From the NCBI GenBank assembly GCA_963665815.1, contig OY762463.1, positions 416,001 to 480,000 on the forward strand: a DNA stretch of 64,000 nucleotides, in the 5' to 3' direction. Source of the DNA: Candidatus Cloacimonadales bacterium (GTDB taxonomy: Bacteria; Cloacimonadota; Cloacimonadia; Cloacimonadales; JAIOQZ01). Positions 20,364-30,143 of the stretch are shown here, piece by piece. Each line of letters starts with the position of its first letter. The first letter of the stretch is position 1. The notes beneath the pieces are model-generated. The model was given only the letters and a program-made list of their open reading frames with translations, did no database searches and had not been told where the DNA came from. The translations under genes were made by a program, and so were the position numbers.

Positions 20364-23300
20364 CTATATGATTTCTTTAAAATCTGCATCTGAATTTGCC
20401 AGATTTTTCAGAGATTCTTCTAAACTAATGTGTTCTTTAAACCTTGTAAGGCCTATTTTACCAAAGAAAGAGTCAATAAGTGAATAAACTACAGGAACCG
20501 CAAACAATGTAAGAAATGTTGAAAAAGCCAGCCCAAATGCAATTGCAACTGCCATTGGCTTATAATCATTAGCTGCAGCTGTTGTTGAGATTATCATTGG
20601 CACAAATCCGGCAATTGTAGTAACCGATGTCATAACAATAGGTCTAAGTCTTACTTTTCCAGCTTCAATAAGTGATCTCCATCTGTCATGTCCCTCCCCT
20701 CGAGATTTGTTAACAAAGTCAACGAGAACAAGAGAGTCATTAACTACAATACCACAAAGAGTTACAAAAGCTATCATTGTCATAAGAGAGAAGGGTAGAT
20801 GTGTAATAGCCAGTCCAAAAATTACACCACAAATTGCGAATGGAATTGTCATCATAACAATTAACGGTTGTACATAGGATTTGAATTGTGTTCCAAGAAT
20901 TGCATATATGAGAAGCATTGCTATAACAAGCGAAATGTACAGAGAATCGAAAGTTTCTTCTTCCTCTTCAACCTCACCGCCAAATTCCAGAACGTAACCA
21001 GGATAATCTTCTATGATGTTATAAAGTGAACCTTTTGTTTTTTCGTCACCCATAAGCATATCATTCACAGTGTCAGATGATTGAGAATACTCCTTGCCGT
21101 CTTTAACATAATTTTTAACCCTTGCAATAATACTGAAGAATCTGTTTCTGTCATAGTGTTCAATAACAGAATAACCACTTGTGATAACAAAGTCTGCTAC
21201 TGCAGATAACTTAATTGAATTACCTGATTCTGTTGGAACAATCAGATTATAAATTTCCTCAAGCTTAATATCCTGTTTTTCATTTGATTCAAGCCTGATA
21301 TCAATTACCTTGTTGTCTACAGTATTGAAAGAACCAATATCCATACCATAAGATGCGATTCTAACTATGTTATGAATCGTTTCATCACTGATTCCATAAA
21401 GCTTAAGTTTCTCCCAGTCAGGATATATCCTTATTTCACTTTTCCCTCTTGCCAGGCTGCTTTGGATCTCAATGACTCCCGGTATATCTTCAAGGTGTTT
21501 TACCACTCTATCACTGATTTCTCTGAATACAGCCATATCCTTTCCACTGATTCTCAGCTCAATATCATCTCCAACCGGAGGTCCTTCTGTACCGCCAGCT
21601 CTGAATGTGAAGCTCTCAACATCGTCAATAGCCTTTACATAATCTCCTATTTTTGCCTTAAGGTGATCATGCGAATACTTCATAAACTCTTCTTCCACAA
21701 CATCAATTTTAATTTCAGCAAAATTGGAATTGGTTATAATTCGTTCATCTTCTTCTAATTGACCAATATTGGTTACAAGAGCAACGACATCATCATTCTG
21801 TTCCATGTGCATGATATGAGACTCAATATTATCAACAATTGATTCAGTATGAGTTATTGCAGTTCCGGGTTTCAGTTTCAAGTTCATGATAATAGTTGTA
21901 GAATATTGTTCAGGGAAAAATTCAATCAGTATTGCTCCTGATGTTAGAAGTAATACTGATAATGCCATTCCTGCAATCAACATCATTATTACAGATTTTC
22001 TATGTCGCAGAGCCCAGACGATTCCATGCTCATATTTTGACACTAGGAATTGTGTGAGTTTGTTTGCTCCTTTAGATGATTTAGCTTTCTTTGTTCCTCC
22101 AAGTTCTACAATATGACATGGAAGTATCAGAAGACACTCTAATAGTGATGCAGAAAGTGCAATAATAACAACAATCGGGAACATTTTGAGAAACTCTCCC
22201 ATATGTCCTTGCATTATAAGCAGAGGTAGAAAAGCAGAAATTGTTGTGGAAACGGCTGATATTACAGGCCACATAATCTCTTTTGTACCTTTTATTGTTG
22301 CATCCTTAACACTGTATCCTTTTTCCAGATACCTCTGTACATTCTCAATCACAATAATTGCATCATCAACAATCATCCCAAGAACCAGAATCAAAGCAAA
22401 AAAACTGAGATTGTTTATTGTTATACCATAAAACTGCATAATCACAAAAGTAAGAAGAAAACTGAAGGGAAGTCCCCATGCAGCAAACAAAGCATTCTTC
22501 CAACCTATAAACATCCACAATACAATAAAAACAAGTATTATACCATATATGGAATTCGATGCCAGAGTCTTTAAGCTTCTGTTAACAACAATAGTGTCAT
22601 CGTTTCGAATATCTACTTCCAGATCAGGAACAGTTTTATTAAAGTCAGCAATAACTTCTCTTACTTCTTCCATTACTGAAATGATGTTGCCTTCTTCACG
22701 CTTATATATAGTAAGGCTTACTCCGGTTTTCATATCAATCCTTGATATGGTCTTAGAATCTTCGAGAGTGTCAGAAACAACAGCTACATCTTTGATCCTT
22801 AAAGTGTTTCCTTCAATATCAGTCCTGATGACTGTTTGTGCAATCTCTTCAACATCATTATAAGTACCCATACTTCTGAGAAGATACTCCTCATTATTAT
22901 GTCTGACTCCACCACCGGCGACATTTCTGCTTCGACTCGCAATTATTGATTCAATTTCACTTAAGGATACATTATGATGTTCAAGCTTATCTGTATCGAC
23001 TTTTATTTTGATTTCTTTTTCTCTCGTTCCAGTAATATCGATTTTAGTTATATTTTCTACTCTGGATATTCTGTCTTTCAGATCATTGGCAATTTCACGT
23101 AATCCATTTTCGTTATATGGACCGGAGAAGCTAACCGAGCAAATTGGATTAACTTCAGCCATGTTAACGCGTTTTACATAGATATCAGATGCTTCTTCAG
23201 GAAGATCCTTAATTCTGTTAACTATCCTGAGAATTGCATCTTCGGTAGCATCAATATCTGCATAAGTGTCTGTTTCAACTTCAATAAATGCAAAACCTTC

Positions 23301-23555
23301 TTCTGCTACAGATTCCATACATCGTAAATTCTGCAGATCAGCTAACTCTTCTTCTATAGGAATCAGAACTTCTTTCTCAATTTGTTCAGGAGATACTCCG
23401 GGATAGGCAACAGAGATTTCGAATATTCCCAAATCAATGTTTGGCATTTCTTCCTTGGGGATTGTTGCGGTTGTGTAAAACCCTGCAACAAATACAATTA
23501 TCATGAATATGTTAACGAGAACAGGGTTCTTTACCGATAAATCAGCTAACGACAT
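20364..23555 (-). CDS. RND efflux permease (AcrB/SwrC-like)
   Basis: YPGVSPEQIE, LGMIVDDAIIVIEN, GIVVNDSLVLVD, RLRPIVMTSVTT, PMAVAIAFGL. Confidence 0.93.
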   Translation of the reverse strand: MSLADLSVKNPVLVNIFMIIVFVAGFYTTATIPKEEMPNIDLGIFEISVAYPGVSPEQIEKEVLIPIEEELADLQNLRCMESVAEEGFAFIEVETDTYADIDATEDAILRIVNRIKDLPEEASDIYVKRVNMAEVNPICSVSFSGPYNENGLREIANDLKDRISRVENITKIDITGTREKEIKIKVDTDKLEHHNVSLSEIESIIASRSRNVAGGGVRHNNEEYLLRSMGTYNDVEEIAQTVIRTDIEGNTLRIKDVAVVSDTLEDSKTISRIDMKTGVSLTIYKREEGNIISVMEEVREVIADFNKTVPDLEVDIRNDDTIVVNRSLKTLASNSIYGIILVFIVLWMFIGWKNALFAAWGLPFSFLLTFVIMQFYGITINNLSFFALILVLGMIVDDAIIVIENVQRYLEKGYSVKDATIKGTKEIMWPVISAVSTTISAFLPLLIMQGHMGEFLKMFPIVVIIALSASLLECLLILPCHIVELGGTKKAKSSKGANKLTQFLVSKYEHGIVWALRHRKSVIMMLIAGMALSVLLLTSGAILIEFFPEQYSTTIIMNLKLKPGTAITHTESIVDNIESHIMHMEQNDDVVALVTNIGQLEEDERIITNSNFAEIKIDVVEEEFMKYSHDHLKAKIGDYVKAIDDVESFTFRAGGTEGPPVGDDIELRISGKDMAVFREISDRVVKHLEDIPGVIEIQSSLARGKSEIRIYPDWEKLKLYGISDETIHNIVRIASYGMDIGSFNTVDNKVIDIRLESNEKQDIKLEEIYNLIVPTESGNSIKLSAVADFVITSGYSVIEHYDRNRFFSIIARVKNYVKDGKEYSQSSDTVNDMLMGDEKTKGSLYNIIEDYPGYVLEFGGEVEEEEETFDSLYISLVIAMLLIYAILGTQFKSYVQPLIVMMTIPFAICGVIFGLAITHLPFSLMTMIAFVTLCGIVVNDSLVLVDFVNKSRGEGHDRWRSLIEAGKVRLRPIVMTSVTTIAGFVPMIISTTAAANDYKPMAVAIAFGLAFSTFLTLFAVPVVYSLIDSFFGKIGLTRFKEHISLEESLKNLANSDADFKEII

Positions 23556-24670
23556 GTAACCTCCTTCGCAGTAATCTCAGAGTCCGAATTACTATTATTT
23601 TTTAAAGACATTCCAGACTTAATTTTACCGGAAGGTGAAAACACAACAACATCACCAAAATCGAGACCTGAGCTTATTTCAATTTTATTCTGAAACTTGA
23701 GTCCTATGCTTATCTCTCTTTTCTCAACAATGCCATACTTATTTATTACATATACAAAATCTCTGCTGTAAATAGTAGAAATGTACCTGACAGGAACTAC
23801 TTTCATATTGTTATACTCTTTTGAATCAATAAATCCTTCTACTACTTGCCCGGAAAACACTTTTTCTGGTTTATCCACTATTATCTCCACAGGATAGTTC
23901 ATGTTATCCTCATCAGGTTTAAAACCTATACCGGAAATTCTTCCTGTGATTTCAGTTCTATCGCTTTTAACAACAAGGGTTAGTTCTTTTCCAACCTCAA
24001 TCTGTGAAACCTGAGACTCAGGTACACCTGTTGATACCTTCATTTTACTATTATTCACAATGCTGCAAATTATTGTTCCCACAGATACGAAATCACCTTT
24101 TTCAATGTCAATTGATGCAACAACACCATTAAACGGAGCTATGAAGTTAGTTCTTTCGAGTTCCATTTTAATTGATTCCAGATCTGCTTTAGCACCTTCA
24201 CACTGAGCTTTTGCTTCATCATATTGTGCAATAGACAGCTTATTTTCCTTTTCAGAAATTGCGTTTAACTCAAAAAGTCTTTTATTGCTGTTTGCTATTA
24301 CTTCACGAGAATCAAGATTTGCTTCCGCAGCTTTAACAATTGCTTTTGCCTGTTTAATTTTTAAAACTATATCTTTATTGTCTATCGACGCAACTCTTTC
24401 ACCTTTAACAACTTTATCACCAAGCTTTTTATATATATTTACGATTTTTCCGTTCACTTCTGATATCATTTCAACATCATTTATCCCTTCCAGTACTCCT
24501 GTAACTCTGATTCTGGACTGAATAACTTCCGGTTTTATTTTCAGGAACTCTATATCACTTGTCTGTTCTCTACTGTATACGTTTGTTTTATCAACTTCTT
24601 CATCTTCACAACCTGTTAGTATGAACAGAATTGCAAGTATGAGTATTATGTATCCTGATGAATTTTTCAT
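23546..24670 (-). CDS. RND periplasmic adaptor (MFP) lipoprotein
   Basis: Lipobox ILTGC, SEVNGKI...GDKV.KG, IAPFNGVV, SGL..GD. Confidence 0.9.
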   Translation of the reverse strand: MKNSSGYIILILAILFILTGCEDEEVDKTNVYSREQTSDIEFLKIKPEVIQSRIRVTGVLEGINDVEMISEVNGKIVNIYKKLGDKVVKGERVASIDNKDIVLKIKQAKAIVKAAEANLDSREVIANSNKRLFELNAISEKENKLSIAQYDEAKAQCEGAKADLESIKMELERTNFIAPFNGVVASIDIEKGDFVSVGTIICSIVNNSKMKVSTGVPESQVSQIEVGKELTLVVKSDRTEITGRISGIGFKPDEDNMNYPVEIIVDKPEKVFSGQVVEGFIDSKEYNNMKVVPVRYISTIYSRDFVYVINKYGIVEKREISIGLKFQNKIEISSGLDFGDVVVFSPSGKIKSGMSLKNNSNSDSEITAKEVTCR

Positions 24671-24703
24671 TTTATCTCCTTATTGTAAATTTTTAGAAAA
24701 AGC

Positions 24704-25999
24704 CTACAGCTCTTTAAGGCTGAATGCAGGTACTAAGTAGTGTAATTTGGATTTCGTCATTAGAAAGTCGTAATAGCAGTTCTCATGTTTAATTTTTGCC
24801 TTATTAAATGCTATAGATGAATTAAGAAAATCCGTGGCTGAAATACTGTTCTCTTCAAGTTGTATTCTGGATTTATCAAGAAGTTCTTGAGCTCTTTCCA
24901 TTTCTATTCTCGCAGAAACAACACATTTGGCAATAGCAATCAAGTTATTGAACTCTCCGGAAATTTCAATACTCAAATTTCTTCGAAGCTTCTCCAGTTT
25001 ATTTTCTGCAATATATACATTTCTTTTGCTTTTAATAAGATCGCTTCCTTTACTTAATAAAGGAAATGCATCCATAGAAAGATTCAGAGCTATGTAATCA
25101 GATCTCTCATATGAGGATTGATTCTCATTTTTATCCCAATCTTTACCTCCGGAAATGTATATCGAGGGTAAGAAATCCAAATGTGCCTGTAATCTGCTTA
25201 GTTTAGCATTTTTCACATCAAGTTTTGAGTTAAGAATAGTTTGGTTTTGCTTTTCAGCAGCTTTAATCAACAGATTAATTCTATAAGTGATTTCTTTTTT
25301 ACTGAAATTTATACAACGATCTATTTCAAGATCGTATTTGCTGATATTCGGATCTTCCAGAACAAAGTCATTTAAATCTATTAAATACCCCAGTTCTTTA
25401 TGTACTTGATCATAGTCATTTCTATATTTTATAACATCGCTTTCTCTTTCTGAGAGATTTATTGAATAATTCAGGTATTCCGTTCTTGAAATTGCTCCTG
25501 TTTCAAATCTGATTTTGGCAATTTCTTCTTCCCTTTGTGCGTGTTCAAGACTTGTCTGAGCATATTCTAAAATTCTTTTCTTTAGTAATCCCTCATAAAA
25601 AAGGAACTCTATTGTGTACTTAATTGAGTTTATTGTCTGATCTTTACTATTTTTGAAAATCTTGCTATTATTTCCTGCTTCAAAAATTCCGCAATAGATT
25701 TTACCACCATCAAACAGATATTGTCGTCCTTCATACCCATATCCTCTTGACTCTATATCATTTTGAGCTCCCTTATTGTATTTAACTGATATTGATGGTA
25801 AAAGCTTTTCATATGCCTTGAGTTTTTCTGTTGCAGCATTTTTACTCATAATCTCAGCAATCTTTACATCATGGTTATTCTCAAGTCCCAGCTTGATTGC
25901 CTCATCCATTGTCAATGATGCAAGTACGAAACAGCTGAGTGATAGCATGAGTGTAATTATTAACCTGTTCATTTTGTCTCCTTTTAGTTTTTGATTCAA
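24704..25999 (-). CDS. TolC-family outer-membrane efflux protein (likely start 25972)
   Basis: AIKLGLENN, LLPSI / FLPSI repeats, LFDGG, RFETGAIS; position in RND operon. Confidence 0.85.
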   Translation of the reverse strand: MNQKLKGDKMNRLIITLMLSLSCFVLASLTMDEAIKLGLENNHDVKIAEIMSKNAATEKLKAYEKLLPSISVKYNKGAQNDIESRGYGYEGRQYLFDGGKIYCGIFEAGNNSKIFKNSKDQTINSIKYTIEFLFYEGLLKKRILEYAQTSLEHAQREEEIAKIRFETGAISRTEYLNYSINLSERESDVIKYRNDYDQVHKELGYLIDLNDFVLEDPNISKYDLEIDRCINFSKKEITYRINLLIKAAEKQNQTILNSKLDVKNAKLSRLQAHLDFLPSIYISGGKDWDKNENQSSYERSDYIALNLSMDAFPLLSKGSDLIKSKRNVYIAENKLEKLRRNLSIEISGEFNNLIAIAKCVVSARIEMERAQELLDKSRIQLEENSISATDFLNSSIAFNKAKIKHENCYYDFLMTKSKLHYLVPAFSLKEL

Positions 26000-26006
26000 A
26001 TTAATT

Positions 26007-26036
26007 GAGAAAGGGCAGAAGCCTGTCCTTTCTCAT
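26007..26036 (-). terminator. Intra-operon hairpin between 26042 ORF and tolC-like gene
   Basis: tgagaaagggcag-aagc-ctgtcctttctca inverted repeat. Confidence 0.55.
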
Positions 26037-26041
26037 TTCCG

Positions 26042-26689
26042 CTATTGAACAAGTTCAATTACTTCTTTTGGTGATCCCGGACCTTCTTCCGGAACAACTG
26101 ATTTGAGTAACATGCCGTCTGATTCTCTTACCCAGTATACTCCGCTCCATACAAAAGCAGGTACAAGATTGGATTTAAGAACCAGTTTTTGAGCTGCGAC
26201 TTTCTGGCCGTTGATGTTGATTGTATCTTTACCCTTCTTTACAAAAACCAATTTATGAGTCTCTAACCCTTCTTCAAAGTCTTCTTCATCGTCCATTTCT
26301 TCAATAAAGAACATTTCGATTTTTTTTTTATTGTTACTCAAAATATGTTTGAAATCAAATGACTGCTGCTGCCACATAACTCCGTCAGTTTCTGCATAAA
26401 ACTGCCTGTTGTCTGTCACAAAAATTTTACCATTTTCTTTGTGCATGGCAAATACAACACTGTTATCATTAATTACTACTTTTGAAATATTTCTATCATT
26501 ATTCATGGTATAGGTAGTAGTTTTTGTCCCCTGTACTTCTTTTAATATGTATTGGTTGTTATCGAAAATTCTTTCTACAAATATCTCTGATGTTCTATTT
26601 TTGCATGTAAGCTTGTATTTCAATATATTATCAGCGCTGATCAATGTTACTGAAATCAGTATTAGTATAAGTATTATTATGTTTTTCAT
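26042..26689 (-). CDS. Hypothetical secreted protein
   Basis: Signal peptide, beta-rich; GGAGAGG RBS. Confidence 0.7.
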   Translation of the reverse strand: MKNIIILILILISVTLISADNILKYKLTCKNRTSEIFVERIFDNNQYILKEVQGTKTTTYTMNNDRNISKVVINDNSVVFAMHKENGKIFVTDNRQFYAETDGVMWQQQSFDFKHILSNNKKKIEMFFIEEMDDEEDFEEGLETHKLVFVKKGKDTININGQKVAAQKLVLKSNLVPAFVWSGVYWVRESDGMLLKSVVPEEGPGSPKEVIELVQ

Positions 26690-26700
26690 TATCCTCTCCT

Positions 26701-27465
26701 TTAGTCCTCTTTATCCCATTTCCACGCACCAATCTCCACAGCCACATATGGTCCTTGACGTTTCATGCCAGGTCCACCTGTAATATCAATCGCATGGGTT
26801 TCCCAGTCTGTGGAGAAAAGATCATTCTCAGGTAAATCAATGCCGAATGTGTATCCTGCTCTTAGACCAAAAGCTAAACCTTCCAGTTCAAGCATGTTGA
26901 TATACTTGTTTCTCTTAAAGAAAGGTACTTTTACTAAATAATCGAACTGAACACCTATATCAATTGTGATTTCTTTCTTCTCAAAAGTTATTTCTCTTTT
27001 AGGGTCTGCCAGAGCATCATCAAAACTGATTTTATCCTTTTCTGTAACAGTCATCTCGAACTGGCTGTATCCACCGGATATCACCGGATAGAATTTAAAG
27101 TTGTCATTTTCATATAGGATACGACCATAACCTATCATGAGGTTCATTTCATTTTCATAATCAATTACAAATTTTTTGCCGTTTTTATTGGCTTTCGTTT
27201 CTTCGGAATAAGCAATTGAGAACTCTCCCGTGAAAACATTTTTTTCTTCAATTGTAGTTTGTCTGAAAAAGAACCCATTCACATTTTCATCAAATTTTTT
27301 GAACCCGTTTTTTTTCATTTTATTGTTCAGATTCTTATAATCAAGTTTCTGAACTGATGCACCACCGTAGTATATCACGAGTTTTTTGTCTTCACATTCA
27401 TTTTCTTCTGCGTTAAGTAGATATAATGCTCCCAGAATCATCATTATAATTATTATCCTCTTCAT
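26701..27465 (-). CDS. Hypothetical exported protein, possible outer-membrane beta-barrel
   Basis: Signal peptide; alternating strands IDIGVQFDY, FGLRAGYTF, GPYVAVEIG. Confidence 0.6.
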   Translation of the reverse strand: MKRIIIIMMILGALYLLNAEENECEDKKLVIYYGGASVQKLDYKNLNNKMKKNGFKKFDENVNGFFFRQTTIEEKNVFTGEFSIAYSEETKANKNGKKFVIDYENEMNLMIGYGRILYENDNFKFYPVISGGYSQFEMTVTEKDKISFDDALADPKREITFEKKEITIDIGVQFDYLVKVPFFKRNKYINMLELEGLAFGLRAGYTFGIDLPENDLFSTDWETHAIDITGGPGMKRQGPYVAVEIGAWKWDKED

Positions 27466-27638
27466 TTTTTTCTCCTCTTAATTGTTGCTTTTTTGCTGGT
27501 AAAAGAATTGTTAACATCCTCCTCAAGTGAGTGGGTGTTTACTGAGGACATGATTTCCCTTACAATAAAGAGACTTAATGTCTCGAGTATGATGTAAGTT
27601 ACTGAAATCAGTAAAAATATTGAGATAGCTATATTCAT
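27462..27638 (-). CDS. Small single-TM protein (58 aa), first gene of the efflux operon
   Basis: Not in ORF track; AAGGAG RBS, MNIAISIFLLISVTYIILETLSLFIVREIMSS...KKATIKRRKK*, TGA overlaps next ATG (ATGA). Confidence 0.6.
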   Translation of the reverse strand: MNIAISIFLLISVTYIILETLSLFIVREIMSSVNTHSLEEDVNNSFTSKKATIKRRKK

Positions 27639-27706
27639 TTATCACTCCTTAGTTTTCATTCGAGTGAATAATATGAAAATTGGTCCTAAGATTGGGGATT
27701 ATGAAA

Positions 27707-27757
27707 GCGAAAGGGGAGATGTGTATGCTGAATGGGAATAGCTTTAAGTTGAATGGG
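27707..27757 (-). promoter_or_regulatory. Putative LytTR binding site (three direct repeats, 21-bp period)
   Basis: gcGAAAGGG, ctGAATGGG, ttGAATGGG with G at 27709, 27730, 27751, upstream of operon ending in lytS/lytTR genes. Confidence 0.6.
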
Positions 27758-27872
27758 TAAAGAAAGTATGTTTTATAGTATTACATTTCTGGAGCTTGAT
27801 TGTGTTATGTTAGTTTTGTGTTTATAGGATATTAGAAACAGAATTATTACTTATAACTTCTAAATGTATAGT

Positions 27873-28510
27873 CTACTGAGTTATTTTAGTCTTCAACATC
27901 TCATAATCTATCTTGAAATTATGTCTTGGATCTCTTGTAACTTTTTTCATTACTATCAGTTTATCATAGGCAATTTTTATTGCAGATAGTTTTTCTTTCA
28001 AACTTGCCGTATCAAATATTCTCGATGTTTGTGCAACAAGGCAAATCTTGTACCTGACTTTAATGATCGTCCCGAATTCTATCTCAGGAATAATATCCAG
28101 TTTACATTCAACCTGAAAAGAAAATATATGTGTTCCATTATTGTTAATTATGGACTTGGTTCTACCAGTTAAATACAGATTTCCAAATGAATCAAGATAC
28201 TCGGAGTCTCCTGTCCTTTGAATTGCAACATCACCAATCTTATTATCTTCAAGTATCAGTTCAGATAATTCTTCCATATTATTTATTTTTATGGGTCATC
28301 AGTAATTGAAAGAATGCATACTTTGATGGAATCAACAGGTTTACAAACAAGCAAACCAGATGATTTCATCGGATTACTCTCAAGAAATTCATCGACAGAT
28401 ATAAAACTGACAGGTTCTGCTTCAGATGATCCGTACACTATTAAGGAATAGCAATCAGGGAATGCTTCCTAAAGTATTCTCGCAGGTGATGGAAAAACTG
28501 GAGTACAACC
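27873..28510 (-). pseudogene. OleC-like AMP-binding (adenylate-forming) enzyme, truncated and frameshifted
   Basis: Upstream frame GCTPVFPSPARIL*EAFP...VYGSSEAEPV...ITDDP*, then frameshift into ORF 27873-28277 with RTGD..YLD..GNLYLTGR and RDPRHN.KIDY; N-terminal half absent. Confidence 0.75.
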
Positions 28511-28559
28511 CTGAAACAACTACAGCCTGACAACCTATAAATTAAACACCGTTAAGACA
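28508..28559 (+). repeat. 52-bp array boundary repeat, copy 1
   Basis: accctgaaacaactacagcctgacaacctataaattaaacaccgttaagaca, identical at 29987, 31472, 32907. Confidence 0.95.
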
Positions 28560-28572
28560 ACAAATAATAATA

Positions 28573-28664
28573 TTGACATTTATCTGTACCTGTGATCTGT
28601 TATACTCGTGTGAAAATTTACATACCGAAAGCAATACTAACAAGGAAGATAAGGAGAGTAAACA
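28573..28664 (+). promoter_or_regulatory. Repeated promoter/RBS module (also about 30052-30143 and 31537-31628)
   Basis: TTGACA, then extended -10 TGtTATACT (TATGCT in copy 2) 22 bp later, AAGGAG RBS before ATG. Confidence 0.55.
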
Positions 28665-29897
28665 ATGAAAAGGGTTCTATTAATTGCCGCAATGATTATG
28701 GTAGGCGCTTTGTTGTTTGGGGAAATTGAGTATGACAGTGGATTTAACTATAATTCGTTTAAAAGCACACATGATTATACTATTATTAAGAAGAAGTATT
28801 TTAAGGAACCATTAGCAAATGAGTTTCTGGTCTCAAGTCCTACAGAAACAAGTGCAGGTGAACTTGTGCTGGAGCGTATATATGAAAAGGATCACAGAAA
28901 AACATTAGTATACTTTGATCAGAATCTGAACAGAGTTAACATGGGAACACACAAAAACTGGATCTACACAAAAGAAGGTAAATATATTTGGTATGCAGAC
29001 TGGATAAATGAAGCGATTAGTGATTATGAACAAAAATCAGTCACAACGGATTTTGGATTATACAAGAAGCAAACAAATGGTTACTCAAAAACTACTACAC
29101 AGGTTAATACGGAGGAATTCTTCAAAGTTTATGACAGTGGTTACATTTCATTATCAAGTGAGTATTTTGAAGAGGATGCCCATTACTATGAGAATGGCTT
29201 CTTAAATATGAAAACTAATGAAGAAATCAGTATAAACCTGTTAAGTGAGTATTCAAAACCTGGAGACGATTTTGAGTACAGTCTTGCATATATTGATGAA
29301 AGTAAAGTTGTATACACTTTTTTCTTATATTATTACAATGAGAAAATTGGGGGTGGGCCTTTTAATGGTAATGCAGGAATTGTTTATTACAATGTTGATG
29401 GGAGTATAAAAAAAATGATTGAGCTCCCTTACAAGTATGCTGGTTGTGTTAGTACATCACCCAATGGAGATGTTATAATTGTAGAAGAACTGACAGGAAG
29501 ATATTTCACCGATGGTCCCACAGGAAATAGAGCTCTCGTTTTCGAAGATGGCCGTATTGTTACAGGCAAGAGTATTGGATCAGAGCTTTGGTCATCTCGC
29601 TGGTCTGCAGATGGATCTATGCTTTTCTCCAGTGGATGCCTTATCGATGTACAAGCCGGTAAAAAAATAATGTCAATTAAAGGAGATGTTTATCCGTCTA
29701 ACAAAGTAGCTGGAAGAGTACTTGCAATTACAGATGATAGACTGAGAGTATTTGATATAGAAACGAAAGAATTGATAATGTCATATCCAATGAATACTGC
29801 AACAGGATACTATGGGATTTCAGGAGATGGGAATGAGATTATCGGTGTGTCCCAGACAAATTATGTGAAAATTAAAATTGGTGAGAGGAAGAAATGA
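28665..29897 (+). CDS. Secreted beta-propeller-like protein, array paralog 1
   Basis: Signal peptide; WD40/TolB-like turns STSPNGD, WSADGS, GISGDGNE, RVFDI.TKE. Confidence 0.8.
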   Translation: MKRVLLIAAMIMVGALLFGEIEYDSGFNYNSFKSTHDYTIIKKKYFKEPLANEFLVSSPTETSAGELVLERIYEKDHRKTLVYFDQNLNRVNMGTHKNWIYTKEGKYIWYADWINEAISDYEQKSVTTDFGLYKKQTNGYSKTTTQVNTEEFFKVYDSGYISLSSEYFEEDAHYYENGFLNMKTNEEISINLLSEYSKPGDDFEYSLAYIDESKVVYTFFLYYYNEKIGGGPFNGNAGIVYYNVDGSIKKMIELPYKYAGCVSTSPNGDVIIVEELTGRYFTDGPTGNRALVFEDGRIVTGKSIGSELWSSRWSADGSMLFSSGCLIDVQAGKKIMSIKGDVYPSNKVAGRVLAITDDRLRVFDIETKELIMSYPMNTATGYYGISGDGNEIIGVSQTNYVKIKIGERKK

Positions 29898-30143
29898 AAT
29901 CTCCTCTTAAATCGACGTGCAGCGTCAAACAATAATTATTGCACCGTAACACCACCACTCACACCCAAAACAACCTACATAAAACCACCCTGAAACAACT
30001 ACAGCCTGACAACCTATAAATTAAACACCGTTAAGACAACAAATAATAATATTGACATTTATCTGTACCTGTGATCTGTTATGCTCGTGTGAAAATTTAC
30101 ATACCGAAAGCAATATTAAAAAGGAAGATAAGGAGAGTAAACA
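29898..30143 (+). repeat. 246-bp inter-cassette spacer, copy B (52-bp core 29987-30038)
   Basis: Near-identical to 31383-31628. Confidence 0.95.
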
